Source: Thiobacillus sp. (GTDB lineage Bacteria; Pseudomonadota; Gammaproteobacteria; Burkholderiales; Thiobacillaceae). From it: a stretch of DNA of 64,000 nt. Position 1 is the stretch's first letter. Each line of letters starts with the position of its first letter. The notes beneath the pieces are model-generated. The model was not told the DNA's origin, ran no database searches, and saw only the letters and a list, made by a program, of their open reading frames with translations. A program made the position numbers and the translations under genes. Below, one piece after another: positions 60,180 to 64,000 of this stretch. The DNA is taken from contig JAIBFA010000005.1 of NCBI GenBank assembly GCA_019459325.1, forward strand, positions 2,459 through 66,458, in the 5' to 3' direction.

Positions 60180-60902
60180 TTACAGGCGGAAATTTTCGCC
60201 CAGGTAGACCTTGCGGGCATTGTCGTCCTGGATGATGAGGTCGGGGGTGCCGGCAATCAGCACGCGGCCTTCATTGATGATGTAGGCGCGGTCGCAGATG
60301 CCCAGGGTTTCGCGCACATTGTGGTCGGTGATGAGCACGCCGATGTCGCGCTCAATCAAAAAATGCACCAGTTTCTGGATGTCGAGCACTGCAATGGGGT
60401 CGATTCCGGCGAAAGGTTCGTCGAGCAGGATGAAGCGCGGGTTGATCGCCAGGGCGCGCGCGATTTCCACGCGGCGGCGCTCGCCCCCGGACAGGCTGAC
60501 GGCGGACGCATCGCGCAGGTGGGCGATATGCAGGTCTTCCAGCAGGTTGTTGAGATGCTCTTCGAGTTCGTCCTTGCTGTAAGGTTTGAACTCGAGAATG
60601 GCGCGGATGTTTTCCTCCACCGTCATCTTGCGGAAGATCGACGGCTCCTGCGGCAGGTAGGACAGCCCCAGACGCGCGCGCTGGTGAATCGCCATGTGGG
60701 TGAGGTCGTGCGTATCCATCTGCACGCTGCCGCCGTCGGCCGCGACCAGCCCCACCACCATGTAGAAGCAGGTTGTCTTGCCGGCGCCGTTGGGGCCGAG
60801 CAGGCCGACCACTTCGCCGCTTTTGACTTCAAACGAGACGTCGTGCACCACGGTGCGTTTGCCATACGTCTTGCGCAGCTGCTGGGCGGAAATCTGGCTC
60901 AT
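60180..60902 (-). CDS. lptB: LPS export ABC ATPase
   Basis: GPNGAGKT, YLPQE, LSGGERRR, LLDEPFAG, TDHN, VYLGENF. Confidence 0.96.
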   Translation of the reverse strand: MSQISAQQLRKTYGKRTVVHDVSFEVKSGEVVGLLGPNGAGKTTCFYMVVGLVAADGGSVQMDTHDLTHMAIHQRARLGLSYLPQEPSIFRKMTVEENIRAILEFKPYSKDELEEHLNNLLEDLHIAHLRDASAVSLSGGERRRVEIARALAINPRFILLDEPFAGIDPIAVLDIQKLVHFLIERDIGVLITDHNVRETLGICDRAYIINEGRVLIAGTPDLIIQDDNARKVYLGENFRL

Positions 60903-61441
60903 GGTTGGGCGGCGGGCTGCACGGCGCGCGGTTTCGGACGGATGACGGCGCGCACGCGGCCGCTCGGGGTCTGAGCGTTGGGCTGGCCGACGACCTTGTA
61001 GAACTCGGTATTGGCGTTGTAGGAAATCTGCGCACCGCGCAACTCATCGCCGCCGCGCCGCAGCCGCGCCTGGCCGATCAATTCGAGCTGGCCGTTGACG
61101 CTGTCGAACTCGATACGGTCGGCAAAGCCCTCGATGAATTCTTCGCGGCCATCGACTTTCTGGCGGAACGCGACCGGGCGGCCGGTGGCGCTGATTTTGT
61201 CGAGTCCGCTCACATTCTGCGTCACCTGCACATGATCGGCGCGCAGCATCAGGGTGCCCTGATTCAGAATCACATTGCCCTGATAGACGCTGATTTTTTT
61301 GAGGTCGTCGAGGGTGACCGTATCCGCTTCGAGGTTGACCGGTTTGTCGCGGTCGGCTTTTTCGGCATGGGCGGGCGAAGCCAGCAGCGCGGCGCACAGC
61401 ACCGCATAAAAACCTGTTTTCAATGTTTGCATGGCGCTCAT
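60899..61441 (-). CDS. lptA: LPS transport periplasmic protein
   Basis: Signal peptide, AEKADRDKP, GNV..QGT, RVRAVI; synteny. Confidence 0.9.
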   Translation of the reverse strand: MSAMQTLKTGFYAVLCAALLASPAHAEKADRDKPVNLEADTVTLDDLKKISVYQGNVILNQGTLMLRADHVQVTQNVSGLDKISATGRPVAFRQKVDGREEFIEGFADRIEFDSVNGQLELIGQARLRRGGDELRGAQISYNANTEFYKVVGQPNAQTPSGRVRAVIRPKPRAVQPAAQP

Positions 61442-62010
61442 GTCTTTCCGGAAATATAACGGGCTTTCACCCGTCCTGTCAGTTTGATGGTGCGTCGCTT
61501 GGCATCGTATTCCATGGCCTCCGCACGCAAGGTCAGGATGTCGTCGTGCACGTCGACCGCACCCGGCGCGCGCAGCAGGTCACGTTCGGGAAACACCAGC
61601 AGCTGCGCCGTGCGCAGGGTCATGGCGGATTGCCCGAGGTGGGCGGCGCGTTCCACGACGACGTTGCCGTGCAGGTCCACTTCAGTGCCGTCGGGCGAGA
61701 CGGTGGCCTGGCGTGCCACTGCGCTCACTTGGCCGGCCACGGCGTCGAGCTGAACGAAGCGCGGCCATTCAAGTTCGGTGAGTTTGCTGCCGGAATAATG
61801 CTTGAGTTTTTTGGCGGACAGGCGGTAGTGCGGTGCGCCTGCCGAATCGGTGCGCAGCGCATCGAAATTTTCCATGATGCCTTCAGGATCGGTTTGGGCC
61901 GCCTGGCTGCCGCTGGGCGCCATCTGCACCGACTGCTCGATCCAGAAGCTGAGGGCGGCCAGCAGCAGCAAAATCGCCAGCGGCAGCCACAGCGAGCCCC
62001 GTGCGATCAT
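61438..62010 (-). CDS. lptC: LPS export protein LptC
   Basis: Single N-terminal TM and beta-rich domain; synteny kdsC-lptC-lptA. Confidence 0.87.
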   Translation of the reverse strand: MIARGSLWLPLAILLLLAALSFWIEQSVQMAPSGSQAAQTDPEGIMENFDALRTDSAGAPHYRLSAKKLKHYSGSKLTELEWPRFVQLDAVAGQVSAVARQATVSPDGTEVDLHGNVVVERAAHLGQSAMTLRTAQLLVFPERDLLRAPGAVDVHDDILTLRAEAMEYDAKRRTIKLTGRVKARYISGKT

Positions 62011-62047
62011 GCCGCCCCCGAACCAGCGACGTTCGACGCGAGCCCGG

Positions 62048-62575
62048 TCATTTCAGATACGGTGCGAGCGCAGCGTCCAGGGTGCCCTGCGCGCGCATCA
62101 GGAATTCGCAGGCCTCGCGCACCGCGCCGCGCCCGGCTTCGCGCGTGGTGGTGTAGTGGCTGTAGGCTTTTACCAGTTCGGGCGCGGCAGGCACGGTGAT
62201 CGCCAGGCCGGCGCGCCGCATCACCGGCAGGTCGACCACGTCGTCGCCCATGTAGGCGGTGGCCTCGCATTCGATGTTCAACTCGCGGCACAGCGCCTCG
62301 TACACGACCAGCTTGTCGTGTGCGCCTTGGTGCACAATTTCGATGCCGAGATTCCTGGCGCGGTTTTCCACCACGCGCGAGCTGCGGCCGGTGATGATGG
62401 CAAGTTCCACGCCGCTGCCCTTGAGCATTTTCAGGCCGTGGCCGTCGAGCGAATTGAAGCCCTTGTATTCCTGGCCGTCGTCGGCCAGAAACAGGGTGCC
62501 GTCGGTCATGATGCCATCGACGTCGAACGCGATCAGCCTGATTTTCTGCGCGCGGGCGATCAGGGATGCAGTCAT
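62048..62575 (-). CDS. kdsC: KDO 8-phosphate phosphatase
   Basis: FDVDG, IITGR, YMGDDVVD, GRGAVRE. Confidence 0.93.
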   Translation of the reverse strand: MTASLIARAQKIRLIAFDVDGIMTDGTLFLADDGQEYKGFNSLDGHGLKMLKGSGVELAIITGRSSRVVENRARNLGIEIVHQGAHDKLVVYEALCRELNIECEATAYMGDDVVDLPVMRRAGLAITVPAAPELVKAYSHYTTTREAGRGAVREACEFLMRAQGTLDAALAPYLK

Positions 62576-63561
62576 TACACCACTCCCGCTTTCAGCAGAT
62601 CGTGCATGTTGAGCGCCCCCACCAGGGTGTTGTCGGCGTCGACCACCAGCAGGCCGTTGATTTTCAGCGTGTCCATTTTTTCCACCGCCGCCACGGCGAG
62701 TTCGTCCGCGCGGATCGTTTTTGGATTCCGGGTCATGAGATCGGCGATCTTCGCCTGCTGCAGATCGAGCGCATGCTCCAGTGCGCGGCGCAGGTCGCCG
62801 TCGGTGAAGAGGCCGGCCACGCGGCCGGCGGCGTCGACCACGGCGGTCATGCCGAGTCCCTTCTTCGTCATTTCGAACAGGGCGGCCTTGAGCGTGGCAT
62901 CAATCCCGACTTGGGGCAGCGCATCGCCGGCGTGCATGACGTCGCTCACATGCACCAGCAGGCGCCGCCCGAGGCTGCCGCCGGGATGGGTGCGCGCGAA
63001 GTCGTCGGCCGAAAAGCCGCGCGCATCGAGCAGCGCCACCGCCAGCGCGTCGCCCAGCGCCAATGCCGCGGTGGTGCTGGCCGTCGGCGCCAGGTTGAGC
63101 GGGCAGGCTTCCTTGTCGACGGCGGCATTCAGGTGGGCGTCGGCCTCGCGCGCCAGGGTCGAGCTGGGGTTGCCGGTCATCGCGATGAGCTTGGCGCCGC
63201 GCCGCTTGATGAGAGGCACGATGCAGACGATTTCGTTGCTCTCGCCCGAGTTCGATAAAGCCAGCACCACGTCATTGGGCGCGATCATGCCGAGGTCGCC
63301 ATGGCTGGCCTCGCCCGGGTGCATGAAAAACGCTGGAGTCCCGGTGGACGCCAGGGTGGCGGCGATCTTGCCGCCGACGTGACCGGATTTGCCCATGCCC
63401 GACACCACCACACGACCACTGCAGTCGAGGATCAACTGCACGGCGTCGGCAAAGCCGATATCGAGGCGATCCGACAGCGCGCGCAGGGCGTCGGCTTCGA
63501 TGTCGAGCACCTGGCGTGCGAGTGAAAGCAAATGTTCGGGGGAAGTGGGTTGGGGTCGCAT
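62575..63561 (-). CDS. kdsD: Arabinose 5-phosphate isomerase (SIS + CBS)
   Basis: GMGKSGH, HPGEASHGDLG, APTAST, HPGGSLG, TDGDLRR; start MRPQ at 63561. Confidence 0.94.
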   Translation of the reverse strand: MRPQPTSPEHLLSLARQVLDIEADALRALSDRLDIGFADAVQLILDCSGRVVVSGMGKSGHVGGKIAATLASTGTPAFFMHPGEASHGDLGMIAPNDVVLALSNSGESNEIVCIVPLIKRRGAKLIAMTGNPSSTLAREADAHLNAAVDKEACPLNLAPTASTTAALALGDALAVALLDARGFSADDFARTHPGGSLGRRLLVHVSDVMHAGDALPQVGIDATLKAALFEMTKKGLGMTAVVDAAGRVAGLFTDGDLRRALEHALDLQQAKIADLMTRNPKTIRADELAVAAVEKMDTLKINGLLVVDADNTLVGALNMHDLLKAGVV

Positions 63562-63607
63562 GGTCGGCAAGTATACTAAAGCCTGATCGTTCGACTGCTT
63601 TTCCCCG

Positions 63608-64000
63608 ATGCACAGCAGCCTCCAGCTTGTCCTGATTTTGCTTGCGGTTGCCGTGCTGGTGGCTGCTGCCGCGCGCGCCCTGCGCCTGCCGACCATGCTT
63701 GGCTATCTGGTGACGGGGATTGCCATCGGCCCGTTCGCGCTGGGCTGGATCCCGGATAGCGAAGAAGCGCGTTATCTGGCCGAATTCGGCGTGGTGTTCC
63801 TGATGTTCTCCATCGGCCTGGAATTCAGCCTGCCGCGCCTGATGACCATGCGCATGACGGTATTCGGTTTCGGCGGCGCCCAGGTCGTGCTCACCATCGC
63901 GCTCACCGCGCTGATCGCCTGGTTGCTCGAGCTGCCGCTGCTGGCCGCCATTGCGCTGGGCGGCATCATGTCGATGTCGTCCACTGCCATCGTGTCGAAA
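63608..64000 (+). CDS. CPA2/Kef-type antiporter, 5' part (runs off the window)
   Basis: Read by hand: MHSSLQLVLILLAVAV..LGYLVTG..LAEFGVVFLMFSIGLEFS..MSSTAIVSK. Confidence 0.88.
   Translation, partial: MHSSLQLVLILLAVAVLVAAAARALRLPTMLGYLVTGIAIGPFALGWIPDSEEARYLAEFGVVFLMFSIGLEFSLPRLMTMRMTVFGFGGAQVVLTIALTALIAWLLELPLLAAIALGGIMSMSSTAIVSK

Overview
GC-rich betaproteobacterial chromosome segment. Gene content and order suggest a Thiobacillus-like sulfur oxidiser (inference). From left to right: the end of a chemosensory operon (cheD, cheB) and an OmpA lipoprotein; a ~24 kb salt/ion-homeostasis block (group 2 Mrp/Pha antiporter, fructokinase-SPS/SPP-sucrose synthase-MscS, tandem thioredoxin, Usp, Kef-type antiporter, two P-type ATPases, CaCA exchanger); marR, glnE, acs; hslR-yhdP-nit-tldD; a small variable spot (low-GC HEPN-motif ORF plus palindromic repeats); a PilZ/DUF1631/GGDEF/EAL protein; aroG-type DAHP synthase; ffs-dnaX-ybaB-recR-purB-cnoX; and the long kdsD-kdsC-lptCAB-rpoN-hpf-ptsN-hprK-rapZ...ubiX...greB run. 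No rRNA, tRNA, transposase or CRISPR array was seen. Most notable: (1) a ~50-nt hairpin element present in-frame, with the same frame and orientation, inside two unrelated genes (Ca-type ATPase and yhdP), adding a YDSTxxSARSGSESxR peptide; (2) a Phe/Tyr-rich leader peptide and attenuator upstream of DAHP synthase, not in the ORF track; (3) an orphan RNxxxH (HEPN-like) gene at an apparent cargo hotspot; (4) several small repeats and a 14-codon ORF bridging kdsC and lptC.
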